Virus record (IMG/VR): IMGVR_UViG_3300020045_008955
Span: 1 to 26,364 of that record
Direction: 5' to 3' (one strand)
Length of the DNA stretch: 26,364 nucleotides
Source of the DNA: a virus
Taxonomy: Duplodnaviria > Caudoviricetes
Part shown: one piece after another, positions 9,289 through 17,415 of the stretch
Numbering within the stretch: position 1 is the first letter of the stretch
How the letters are laid out: every line of letters starts with the position of its first letter
The notes under the pieces: generated by a model
Database searches by the model: none
What the model was told of the DNA's origin: nothing
The model's input: only the letters and a program-made list of their open reading frames with translations
Translations under genes and position numbers: made by a program

Positions 9289-9807
9289 ATGTCCTTATTA
9301 AATTCTCTTCTTTCCGTTATAAATGGCGGAATTAGTTTAACTGCTAATAGAGCCGTTATTTCAGATAGTGCCGGTACTGCTTTAGCAGCTTCCGCGACAA
9401 CTTCAACCGAGCTTGGTTATGTTTCTGGTGTTACTTCTTCCATTCAAACTCAATTGAATGCTAAAGCATCTTCAGCCTCACCAACATTTACAGGTCAATC
9501 AACCTTTCAGGGCGGTCAATTGGTAGCAACTAGAGTTGTAACATCTGCGGGCGCAGCAACAATCACTTCAGCAGATTACCTAGTCATAATCAATAAAACA
9601 GTTGGTGAAGCTACTGTTGTTAATCTTCCTGCTGGCTTTACTAATACAGTATTTATCATCAAAGATGGCAAAGGAGATGCGTTAGCTAATAACATTACCA
9701 TTACTCCCGCTGCAGGCAATATAGATGGTTCATCTACTTATGTCTTAAACACTAATTATAGTTCCGCAACCATTGTTTATAATGGAACAGAATGGTCGGT
9801 AATCTAA
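9289..9807 (+). CDS. Short fibre/adaptor protein with T4 gp9/gp10-like C-terminal domain
   Basis: 'TELGYVSGVTSSIQTQLNAK' fibre-shaft motif; C-terminal 'VNLPA...IIKDGKG...NNITI...IDG...L......IVYNGTEW' pattern. Confidence 0.6.
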   Translation: MSLLNSLLSVINGGISLTANRAVISDSAGTALAASATTSTELGYVSGVTSSIQTQLNAKASSASPTFTGQSTFQGGQLVATRVVTSAGAATITSADYLVIINKTVGEATVVNLPAGFTNTVFIIKDGKGDALANNITITPAAGNIDGSSTYVLNTNYSSATIVYNGTEWSVI

Positions 9808-9821
9808 ATTTATAAAATTAT

Positions 9822-10166
9822 ATGTCATATATCAAACCAGGCGTACCAATTAATCAAATATCTTTAACTGGCGTTACCTCAAATACCACAACAAGCATTC
9901 CAGCTAATTGTTATATAGATTCAATATTTATTAAAAACACTACTGCAAATGCAGTTACTGGCGGTATTAGAATTGGCACTACTGATGGCGGAACTGATGT
10001 TGTGATTGCTTTGGCAGTTGGAGCTAATGCAATATTAGTTATACCTGCCGCAACATTATTAAAACAGGTTTTTAGCACAACTGCACCACAAACTCTATAT
10101 ATCCAAACAGTTACTTTGTGGAATAGTGCTTCTTTAAATATTAATATAATTTACGGTCAAATGTAA
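9822..10166 (+). CDS. Small beta-rich virion/structural protein, function unknown
   Basis: 114 aa Thr/Ile/Val-rich ORF within the fibre cluster. Confidence 0.55.
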   Translation: MSYIKPGVPINQISLTGVTSNTTTSIPANCYIDSIFIKNTTANAVTGGIRIGTTDGGTDVVIALAVGANAILVIPAATLLKQVFSTTAPQTLYIQTVTLWNSASLNINIIYGQM

Positions 10167-10172
10167 ATTATC

Positions 10173-10203
10173 AATGACGATAATCACCACTTATAATGTC
10201 ATT
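10173..10203 (+). promoter_or_regulatory. NYACCAC-loop hairpin, copy 4 (covers start codon of the long fibre gene)
   Basis: ATAA-TCACCAC-TTAT core (10180-10194) plus outer AATGAC/GTCATT helix enclosing ATG 10196. Confidence 0.65.
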
Positions 10204-13200
10204 ATTAAATTCTCTTTTATCGCCTATAGGCAACCAAGGATGGAGCGGAACAGTCGAATATTATGACGATTTGCCATTGCCCCCTTCAGATTATTATGGT
10301 CAAATTTGGCTTGTTCTAAATGATGATGGCTTAGGAAATCCAGATGGCTTATATGAAAGCAATGGAGTAACTTGGAATTACATTGGAAAAGATGGAACAG
10401 TAACAAATGTTTCGGTCGTTACCGCCAACGGCTTTTCTGGGTCAGTCGCCAATCCTACTGTCAGTCCTGCAATCACCCTTTCCACAACTATTAGCGGAAT
10501 AATAAAAGGAAATGGTGGAGCTTTGACAGCCGCTAATTCTTCCGATATTATAGCTTCAACTTTAACTGGCTATGTTTCAGGTGCTGGAATAATCAGCGCC
10601 TCTGATTCTATTTTATCATCGATTCAAAAACTAAACGGAAATATTGGTGCATTAATCACCGGAGTCTCTTCTGTTTTTGGTAGAACTGGCACAGTAGTGG
10701 CGGGAAGTGGCGATTATACAGCGGCACAAATTACTAATACCCCTGCCGGCAGTATTTCTTCAATAACGGCCCAAGCCGCAATCAATGAATTAGATAGCGA
10801 AAAAGAACCAAATATTATCGCTGGAACTGCCGGACAATATTATCGTTGGGATAAAACTTTTCAAACACTAAATGCCGCCGCTTTAACTGATTTTAGCGCT
10901 GCCGCAGACGCAAGAATTGCCGCCGCTGTCGGTGTCTCAGTTCAAGCTTATAATGTCAAATTAACTGATATTGCAGCTCTTACTCCAACTATTAATAGTT
11001 TTATTGTAGGAACTGGCACAACTTGGACAAATAAAAGTGGAAACCCAGCAAGAACAGCTTTAGGGTTAGGAGAGCTTAATGATGTAATTTTTACTAGTGC
11101 AACTTTAAATCCAATCAATGAACCTGGAATAATTATTAATTCCATACAAGGCGATAGTTCAACCCCTGCTATAAATATAATTGGATTAAACGGCATATCT
11201 ACCCCGGTTATTCTATTTGAGAATGATTCAGTGGAGCAATTTTCAATTGGAAATTATGGCAGTAGCTCTGTTAATGCCGGTGATAGTTATGTTTGGAACT
11301 TAGCAAATAAAGGTCTTAGATTTGGCACAAATGACACTGAGCGAGTGTATATATCAGCTTCTGGCGAGGTTAAGGTTAATAATCTGACCGCTTCTAAGCT
11401 TGTTTCAACTGACGCTAGTAAAAATTTAGTTAGCTCGGAGTTGTCTGGTGATGTTTCAACAGCTGGTTTAGTAACAACAATCGGTGATTTAAAAGTCACT
11501 AATGCAATGATTGCAGATTCCACAATTGATTTGACTGCAAAAGTAACCGGTATCTTGCCGAATGCTAATACCACGGCAACAGACTCAAACACGGTATATA
11601 CTATCGTCGCTAGAGATGCAAGCGGTAATTTCTCGGCAAATACCATCACTTTGGTTGCCGACCTTCTTCCTTCCGTTGATAATACAGGAGTTATTGGAAA
11701 TTCCTCTTTCACTTGGTCTAATGGACAATTCACTAGCTTATCTGTAGATAGTACTTTAGTTGTAAGAGGTGCAATTGATTTAGCGGATGATGACACAATT
11801 AGATTTGGCTCTTCTGATGATGCTTATTTTGCTTACCGAGGAACGAGCAATTATTTTGAGCTACAATTAGAAACTCCAGTAATTGATTTTAGAATTACCG
11901 ACAACGGAACAACCAAATTCTTATTTACGAAAGCAACTGGAGATTTAACAGCAACAACCTTCACAGGAGACTTGAATGGAAATGCCTCTACTGCTACTAC
12001 GGCTGCCGCTTTAACTACTGGTCGTACAATATCAATTACTGGAGATTTAGCTTATACAAGCCCTTCTTTTGATGGATCAGGTAATGTAACGGCAGCAGGA
12101 ACACTGGCAACTGTTAATGCCAGCACAGGAACTTTTGGAAATGCTACACAAGTCTCGAGAGTAACTCTCGATGGCAAAGGGCGAGTTATAGCTGCTGCAA
12201 ACATAACAATTTCTGGTGTAGTTCCCGGCGGTTCTGCCGGAGGTGATTTATCTGGCACTTATCCAAATCCGACAATTGGTTTGTTAAAAGTTACTAATGC
12301 AATGATTGCTAATGCAACTATTGATCTTACTGCAAAGGTAACCGGTATCTTGCCAAATGCCAACACGAATGCAACTAGTGCTAACACAGCCAGCACAATT
12401 ATGGCAAGAGACGCAAGCGGTAATTTCTCAGCAAACCAATTCACAGCAGGCTCTCCAATACTCATTAGTGATACTTTCGCAATCAATGGAAGTGCCGCTG
12501 GTGGACAGCAAGATGGATTATATCTTGCTGATTTAGGTACAACCGTCGGCACTACTCTAAATCCAACTTTTACTGCTGCTATTTGTGGTCAAATAAATAC
12601 AGGACGGTCTATTGGTATATCCACTGACGGAAGCGGGTATATATGGGGGTTTTACACACATACAAATGTTGCAACTTATACTTGGCAATCCAAAACTAAA
12701 TTTTCTGACGCTTTAACAACAGCAAGAACAATTTGGGGACAAAGTTTTAACGGTTCAGCTAATATCACCGGATCATTAACTGATGTTACTAATATTACCG
12801 GCGGCGCAAGCAATATGGTAATTACCTCAGGAACAGGAAATAGCAGGACATTAACTTTAAGAACCACGACAAGCGGCGGAGTAGCTACCAATGCTTTAAC
12901 TATAAGCGCAACCCAAGTTGCTGCTTTTGTAAGTAGCATAAGTGCTACTAGCGCAGCCTTTACCAACACAACAAATCAATTAGTTCTTGGAACAGGAACA
13001 ACGGTAACAATATCAGCCGTTACTCCATCCGTGGGAAGCAGAGTTGGGCAGATTAGGGATTTCTTATCTAACTTCTCATTTTCCCAAGCAACGGCAGGTT
13101 TTGATTGCTTCTTTGACACTACGGCTAACACTAGATTAAATCTTCCAACTAGCGGCACTGTGGCTACCACTTCTAACGCCGAAGTTTTTGCTAACAAACA

Positions 13201-14020
13201 ATTTTCTGGCTGCGCAACATTAGGTTTGCAATTCACCTTTGAAAATGATTTTGATGATACCAAAACAGCCAACTTTATTGTTAATGCTAGTCAAACTACA
13301 GGGACTAACACAACTCACACATTACCCGCTACTACTTCAACTTTAGCCGGCACAGCAGTTGCTCAAAGCGGAACAGGCAAAACTTCATTTACGGCTTATA
13401 GCGTGATATGTGGAGGCACAACCTCAACCGCTGCTTTACAAAATGTTTCTGGTGTCGGGTCTTCTGGGCAAGCCTTAACTTCCAACGGTGCCAGCGCTTT
13501 GCCAACTTGGCAGCAAACAATACCAGCGGGAACAATTGTAGCTTATGCCGGATCATCAGCACCAACAGGTTGGTCGTTATGTGATGGAACTACACTTTCA
13601 AGAACCACAGAGGCTAATTTATTTGCAGTTATCGGCACAAGTCACGGCACTGGCGATGGTTCTACAACATTTCATAAACCCGATATGAGAGGTCGCGTTA
13701 TAAGAGGTCGGGCAAATACATCGGCGAATGATCCGGACAGAGCGAGCAGAACTGCGATGGCTACCGGAGGTGCAACTGGAGATAATGTAGGTTCGGTTCA
13801 GGGGTTTGCGCTAGAAAATATCGATGCGACTTGGTATGTAGACTCAAACGCAGCAACATCAACAGGCGCTGTGTCAATAGCTGGCGGAACTACTGCCAGT
13901 AAATCAGGATCAGGAACGGGATCAGGAAGACTTGCGACATTTAATTCTGGCGTAGTAGCGGCAACCTCAACAGAGACTCGAATGATAAATATTTATGAAA
14001 ACTTTATCATTAAACTTTAA
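10196..14020 (+). CDS. Long mosaic tail fibre with C-terminal tail-collar domain (1274 aa)
   Basis: Thr/Ala/Ser/Gly-rich with many fibre motifs ('GVSSVFGRTGTV', 'AGGDLSGTYPNP'). Collar motif 'PAGTIVAYAGSSAPTGWSLCDG...LFAVIGT..G.GDGSTTF..PDMRGRVIRG', ending 'ETRM.N...NFIIK'. Confidence 0.9.
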   Translation: MSLLNSLLSPIGNQGWSGTVEYYDDLPLPPSDYYGQIWLVLNDDGLGNPDGLYESNGVTWNYIGKDGTVTNVSVVTANGFSGSVANPTVSPAITLSTTISGIIKGNGGALTAANSSDIIASTLTGYVSGAGIISASDSILSSIQKLNGNIGALITGVSSVFGRTGTVVAGSGDYTAAQITNTPAGSISSITAQAAINELDSEKEPNIIAGTAGQYYRWDKTFQTLNAAALTDFSAAADARIAAAVGVSVQAYNVKLTDIAALTPTINSFIVGTGTTWTNKSGNPARTALGLGELNDVIFTSATLNPINEPGIIINSIQGDSSTPAINIIGLNGISTPVILFENDSVEQFSIGNYGSSSVNAGDSYVWNLANKGLRFGTNDTERVYISASGEVKVNNLTASKLVSTDASKNLVSSELSGDVSTAGLVTTIGDLKVTNAMIADSTIDLTAKVTGILPNANTTATDSNTVYTIVARDASGNFSANTITLVADLLPSVDNTGVIGNSSFTWSNGQFTSLSVDSTLVVRGAIDLADDDTIRFGSSDDAYFAYRGTSNYFELQLETPVIDFRITDNGTTKFLFTKATGDLTATTFTGDLNGNASTATTAAALTTGRTISITGDLAYTSPSFDGSGNVTAAGTLATVNASTGTFGNATQVSRVTLDGKGRVIAAANITISGVVPGGSAGGDLSGTYPNPTIGLLKVTNAMIANATIDLTAKVTGILPNANTNATSANTASTIMARDASGNFSANQFTAGSPILISDTFAINGSAAGGQQDGLYLADLGTTVGTTLNPTFTAAICGQINTGRSIGISTDGSGYIWGFYTHTNVATYTWQSKTKFSDALTTARTIWGQSFNGSANITGSLTDVTNITGGASNMVITSGTGNSRTLTLRTTTSGGVATNALTISATQVAAFVSSISATSAAFTNTTNQLVLGTGTTVTISAVTPSVGSRVGQIRDFLSNFSFSQATAGFDCFFDTTANTRLNLPTSGTVATTSNAEVFANKQFSGCATLGLQFTFENDFDDTKTANFIVNASQTTGTNTTHTLPATTSTLAGTAVAQSGTGKTSFTAYSVICGGTTSTAALQNVSGVGSSGQALTSNGASALPTWQQTIPAGTIVAYAGSSAPTGWSLCDGTTLSRTTEANLFAVIGTSHGTGDGSTTFHKPDMRGRVIRGRANTSANDPDRASRTAMATGGATGDNVGSVQGFALENIDATWYVDSNAATSTGAVSIAGGTTASKSGSGTGSGRLATFNSGVVAATSTETRMINIYENFIIKL
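11477..11641 (+). repeat. Internal 55-codon repeat of the long fibre, copy 1
   Basis: TIGDLKVTNAMIADSTIDLTAKVTGILPNANT...ARDASGNFSAN; 46/55 residues identical to copy 2 by manual count. Confidence 0.9.
12272..12436 (+). repeat. Internal 55-codon repeat of the long fibre, copy 2
   Basis: TIGLLKVTNAMIANATIDLTAKVTGILPNANT...ARDASGNFSAN. Confidence 0.9.
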
Positions 14021-14031
14021 TCAATAAATTT

Positions 14032-14580
14032 ATGGGAATAATAGTTAAAATTACTGACACAACTGGCTCAATTTACGAAGAAGCCTATTTAAAAATTGAA
14101 GAATATATCAACTCGCCATCATCTATAAGGGCTAAAATTGGAATCTGGAAAAGTTATTCGGATTATCTATCCAATAAAATGAAACTTAATGGAGATGAAT
14201 TTTTTGATTTTAGCGTTTCAGCACCAAGTGATTTTCACTCTTTATATTTTTCTAATGCGGCTATTTTACCCGCCTACAAATCTATTCCTATAAATATTTA
14301 CGAAGTCATCAAAACATTCAACCCTGAATATAATTGGATAGTTCAAGAAGGTGGGGATGAGCAAATTAGAATTGTTGCCAGTTTTTTAGATTTTCAAAAT
14401 ATTGACTGCACTAATGCGATAGACACATTTTCTCAATCAGAAATTATTGATATGAATATCAACGGTTTAAGCGAGGGTAAATCTGTTTTTAACAAGGAGA
14501 CACAAACTATTTGGTTATTTAATGAGGGCGGTTATTACGATACGAATAAAACTTATTTGCAATTTTTATTAAATGATTGA
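14032..14580 (+). CDS. Hypothetical protein, possibly chaperone of the long fibre
   Basis: 182 aa ORF directly after the fibre gene; no motif recognised. Confidence 0.55.
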   Translation: MGIIVKITDTTGSIYEEAYLKIEEYINSPSSIRAKIGIWKSYSDYLSNKMKLNGDEFFDFSVSAPSDFHSLYFSNAAILPAYKSIPINIYEVIKTFNPEYNWIVQEGGDEQIRIVASFLDFQNIDCTNAIDTFSQSEIIDMNINGLSEGKSVFNKETQTIWLFNEGGYYDTNKTYLQFLLND

Positions 14581-14605
14581 CATTTAAGTTGATTTTTACT
14601 ATAAC
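14577..14605 (+). promoter_or_regulatory. Candidate sigma70 promoter for the downstream lysis-region genes
   Basis: TTGACA (14577-14582), 17 bp, TATAAC (14600-14605) in an intergenic gap. Confidence 0.55.
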
Positions 14606-14620
14606 CGCTAAAAGCGGTTA
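14602..14620. promoter_or_regulatory. Inverted repeat (operator or terminator-like hairpin)
   Basis: TAACCGC-TAAAA-GCGGTTA, flanked by GATTTTT/AAAAATC; overlaps the candidate -10. Confidence 0.5.
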
Positions 14621-14655
14621 AAAATCTACTGTTATTATTAATAAATAAGTATTTT

Positions 14656-15051
14656 ATGACAATTAAAGTAAGAATTAGTGATCTTCAAAATTCACTACCG
14701 GCATTGCATATTTTAGGGAGTGCAAAAGCACCTTTTAAAGTTAGTTATGATATTTCAAAAAGATTAAAAGCTATTGATGCTGAGTTAAAAGAAATTGATT
14801 CAAGCAGAGTAAACCTTATTAAAGAACTTTCTGGCGGAAAAATGAAAGAAGATGGGGTTAATTTTGATTTGGGCGACAATATGCCTGAATTTGTAAAACA
14901 ATACCAAGAAATTTTAGATAGTGAAATCGAGTTAAATATTCTACCGCTTAATACTGATAATTTAGCTAATATTGAAATCTCTGCTGGGCATTTGAGTACA
15001 CTATCTTTTCTTTTAGAAGAACCAAAAGCTCAAGAAAATGCTAATAACTAA
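14656..15051 (+). CDS. DUF1617-like phage protein
   Basis: Helical 131 aa protein, 'LPAL..L.....PFKVSYDISKRLKAIDAEL...R..LIKE...EF......ILDSEIEL' pattern recalled from tail-proximal phage proteins. Confidence 0.5.
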   Translation: MTIKVRISDLQNSLPALHILGSAKAPFKVSYDISKRLKAIDAELKEIDSSRVNLIKELSGGKMKEDGVNFDLGDNMPEFVKQYQEILDSEIELNILPLNTDNLANIEISAGHLSTLSFLLEEPKAQENANN

Positions 15052-15250
15052 TCACGCAGAACTTCTTATAAAGCCAAATTCATTTTTAAAATTGCTGGCA
15101 AAACCCAAACATATTGCCAATTTTTTTGAAATGAATGCGACTTGGGGAAATAAACAGAGTGAGCCAATTAGTGATTGGGTAGATAAACAAAAAGCCGCTG
15201 GTTTTAAAGTGTTTTATAAAAATAAAGATGGGAGTAAGGGCAAATTATGA
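15038..15250 (+). CDS. Hypothetical protein
   Basis: 70 aa ORF overlapping neighbours at both ends (ATGA coupling to next gene). Confidence 0.55.
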   Translation: MLITNHAELLIKPNSFLKLLAKPKHIANFFEMNATWGNKQSEPISDWVDKQKAAGFKVFYKNKDGSKGKL

Positions 15251-15549
15251 AACAAGAACCTTTTAACGTTCCAACCGAATGGATTATACCAAGCGGCTTC
15301 CTATACACCGTAATTGGTTTTGGTGCGATTATAGGAACTCGCTTTCTGAATCTATTTTTTCTTAAACAGATGGATGAGCAAATCAGCAAATCTAATGAAG
15401 AGTTAGAAATAAGATTTGACCAAAAGCTAGACGACAAAATTAACCCGATGAAAGAGGATATTCATTTTATAAAAACTTGTTTGTCTGGGCGTGATGGCGT
15501 ATCGCTAGCAGTTCTGGACGCATTAAGAAAATTTGAAAACAAACTATGA
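15247..15549 (+). CDS. Single-TM membrane protein with coiled C-terminus (holin-like candidate)
   Basis: Hydrophobic 'GFLYTVIGFGAIIGTRFLNLFFL' followed by charged helix; upstream of the endolysin. Confidence 0.55.
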   Translation: MKQEPFNVPTEWIIPSGFLYTVIGFGAIIGTRFLNLFFLKQMDEQISKSNEELEIRFDQKLDDKINPMKEDIHFIKTCLSGRDGVSLAVLDALRKFENKL

Positions 15550-15662
15550 AAAAACTCACCCCCGAAAACATAATGTTTATTGCTTTAACAGTCTTTCTGA
15601 CCGCCTTACTTATTGCTGATAAGTTAGGAATCCTTAAACAATTTGATGAGTTTTTAAAATAA
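15546..15662 (+). CDS. 38 aa membrane peptide (not in ORF track)
   Basis: MKKLTPENIMFIALTVFLTALLIADKLGILKQFDEFLK; ATGA overlap upstream and TAATG overlap downstream. Confidence 0.65.
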   Translation: MKKLTPENIMFIALTVFLTALLIADKLGILKQFDEFLK

Positions 15663-15856
15663 TGAAAAATTCTTTTCAAGAAATCTTAGAGCCAGAACCT
15701 TTGTTTGTTTTTATGATGCAATATTGTAGCAATAAAACTGAGGCTATGAAAGCAGCTCAAATCATTGTTGATAAGCTAAAATCAAGAGGGAAAAAGACCT
15801 ATTCAAGAATTTTTGAGAATGTTGATTTATTAAAAAAATATGCGGAGAGTTTGTAA
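15662..15856 (+). CDS. Hypothetical protein
   Basis: 64 aa, TAATG-coupled at both ends. Confidence 0.6.
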   Translation: MKNSFQEILEPEPLFVFMMQYCSNKTEAMKAAQIIVDKLKSRGKKTYSRIFENVDLLKKYAESL

Positions 15857-16278
15857 TGCCATTTAGTAGCGCATCTGAAAATAAGAAAAAAACTTGTCAT
15901 CACGAAATACAAATTTGGCTTGATGAGCTAATTAAAAGAATTGATTTCACTATTATTCAAGGCTCAAGATCGGACGCAGAACAACAAAAAGCATTTAAAG
16001 AAGGAAAATCAAAACTTGATGGAATTATTAATAAATCTAAACATCAAACCACGAAAGAAAAACCTTATTCCGAAGCTGTAGATATGGCTAAAAATCCAAT
16101 AAATTGGAATTATACACAAGATTTTATTTTTTTTGCAGGCTTTGCTTTGGCAGTTGCTGATGAACTTTATAGAGCAAAAAAAATGACAAGAAGAATTCGT
16201 TGGGGTGGTGATTGGGATTCTGATAAGGATTTTAAAGACAATAAATTTAACGACTATCTACATTTTGAATTAGTATGA
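15856..16278 (+). CDS. Endolysin, peptidase M15 family (T5-type L-Ala-D-Glu peptidase)
   Basis: 'DFTIIQGSRS..EQ', 'SKH......EAVD', 'IRWGGDW' and 'DYLHFEL' zinc-peptidase motifs. Confidence 0.9.
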   Translation: MPFSSASENKKKTCHHEIQIWLDELIKRIDFTIIQGSRSDAEQQKAFKEGKSKLDGIINKSKHQTTKEKPYSEAVDMAKNPINWNYTQDFIFFAGFALAVADELYRAKKMTRRIRWGGDWDSDKDFKDNKFNDYLHFELV

Positions 16279-16445
16279 ATGAACACGAACATTGCGCTTC
16301 TCTACCAGATAAAATTGTTGATGCAGCCACAAAAGAGCCCGGCAATGTAAAATTATTAGTAACAACCTTTTGTATTTGCTCAATAATTATCGCCCTTGGC
16401 ATCGCTATAGCGCTTAATACCGGAGGAATCACGATAGTAAAATGA
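16275..16445 (+). CDS. 56 aa membrane protein (holin/antiholin candidate; not in ORF track)
   Basis: MNEHEHCASLPDKIVDAATKEPGNVKLLVTTFCICSIIIALGIAIALNTGGITIVK; ATGA overlaps at both ends, one TM segment. Confidence 0.6.
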   Translation: MNEHEHCASLPDKIVDAATKEPGNVKLLVTTFCICSIIIALGIAIALNTGGITIVK

Positions 16446-16660
16446 AAACAATAATCGCCAGCATCGTTGGCTTTCTAACATTATTAATCGTCGCTTTTCG
16501 AAAAGGCAAATCAACAGCAAAAACCGAGGAAAAATTAAACCGAGATGAAGAACTTATCAAAACTCTTAAAACCCAGCAAGATAATGCTGAATATGTGCGT
16601 AATCTTACTGATAAGCAGCTTAATGATGAGTTGCATATCTTTACCAAAAAAAGAGATTAG
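16442..16660 (+). CDS. i-spanin (Rz-like)
   Basis: N-terminal TM helix then coiled-coil, after endolysin, overlapped by a lipoprotein ORF. Confidence 0.7.
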   Translation: MKTIIASIVGFLTLLIVAFRKGKSTAKTEEKLNRDEELIKTLKTQQDNAEYVRNLTDKQLNDELHIFTKKRD

Positions 16661-16841
16661 TCATCAATGTATGACGCTGCCTAAGCCATATATTTTCAAT
16701 AGTGATAATGATTATTTGAATTTAACGCGAGGACAAAAAGAACGATATGTAAAACAAAATCGTGATTATTGCCAGATTTGCCCGAATGACTCAAACTATC
16801 AACAATTTTGCGAACAATTAAATGCGCTTTCTAAAATTTGA
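16545..16841 (+). CDS. o-spanin (Rz1-like lipoprotein); true start may be ATG 16584 or 16593
   Basis: Hydrophobic signal with lipobox-like 'LMMSC', overlapping the i-spanin 3' half in another frame; Cys-containing mature part. Confidence 0.7.
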   Translation: MKNLSKLLKPSKIMLNMCVILLISSLMMSCISLPKKEISHQCMTLPKPYIFNSDNDYLNLTRGQKERYVKQNRDYCQICPNDSNYQQFCEQLNALSKI

Positions 16842-16934
16842 AATAATTTTATTAATCTTATTAACTGGATGCGGTGGCTATAGTCGCTCTATCAGTAAAG
16901 AAAACCAATGTTTTGTTAATCAAAATTTAAGTAT

Positions 16935-17024
16935 ATGCAAATAATCCAAAAAATTAAAATCGCAATTATTAAAAAACTTAAGTTATTAAAAAAAGCAATT
17001 GATTTAATGAAGTGGGCTATATGA
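16935..17024 (+). CDS. 29 aa cationic amphipathic peptide (not in ORF track)
   Basis: MQIIQKIKIAIIKKLKLLKKAIDLMKWAI; AT-rich leader and ATGA overlap with the next ORF. Confidence 0.45.
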   Translation: MQIIQKIKIAIIKKLKLLKKAIDLMKWAI

Positions 17025-17227
17025 ACGAACAACTATCATTATTGCTAATTCTTTGGCGCAAATTTGATAATTTTAAACCTATGACCAAAATATTTAACTG
17101 GCTTAGAAAACATCCTTTTCTACCGTTTTTAGTTATTATTACGCTTTTTATTCTGGTGAGATTTAATGATTTGATTTTTTTCATTTTCCATTTGAATAAC
17201 CTATTTTTTATCGGCCACCCTTATTAA
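17021..17227 (+). CDS. Small hydrophobic membrane protein
   Basis: ATG 17021 (or 17081); TM-like 'PFLPFLVIITLFILV'; TAATG coupling to next ORF. Confidence 0.45.
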   Translation: MNEQLSLLLILWRKFDNFKPMTKIFNWLRKHPFLPFLVIITLFILVRFNDLIFFIFHLNNLFFIGHPY

Positions 17228-17415
17228 TGAAGCAAGAAGACATCAATAATCTAAAAAAAATGCTTTTTGATATTCTTGACGATTTAGATAAGAGGCCGGA
17301 TATTGTTAAGATCAACTTTAATCTAGGGGTTACATCTGATTTTGTTAAGAACTTAATTGTTCTCGAGCATAATTGCGAATATTCTGCGGTGCTTAGGAGG
17401 ATGAAGAAGAAATAA
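17227..17415 (+). CDS. Hypothetical protein; last gene of the + strand array
   Basis: 62 aa; overlaps tail-to-tail with the convergent - strand gene. Confidence 0.5.
   Translation: MKQEDINNLKKMLFDILDDLDKRPDIVKINFNLGVTSDFVKNLIVLEHNCEYSAVLRRMKKK

Noticed and set aside
10224-13272. Series of - strand ORFs (60-169 aa) inside the long fibre gene
   Set aside because: Antisense shadows expected from the codon bias of a Thr/Ala/Gly/Ser-rich gene; mostly non-ATG starts and no motifs.
1-14020. Tailocin, eCIS or gene transfer agent interpretation
   Set aside because: The tail module is joined to typical phage early genes (VRR-NUC, SSB, YopX) and lacks an eCIS ATPase or effectors; head genes may simply lie upstream of the window.
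7789-14020. Diversity-generating retroelement or invertible fibre cassette
   Set aside because: No reverse transcriptase or invertase in the window; the fibre repeats differ at all base types, not only adenines, and are both coding.
16862-16898. Imperfect hairpin after the o-spanin gene as a terminator
   Set aside because: Several bulges and G-U pairs and no U tract; function cannot be supported.
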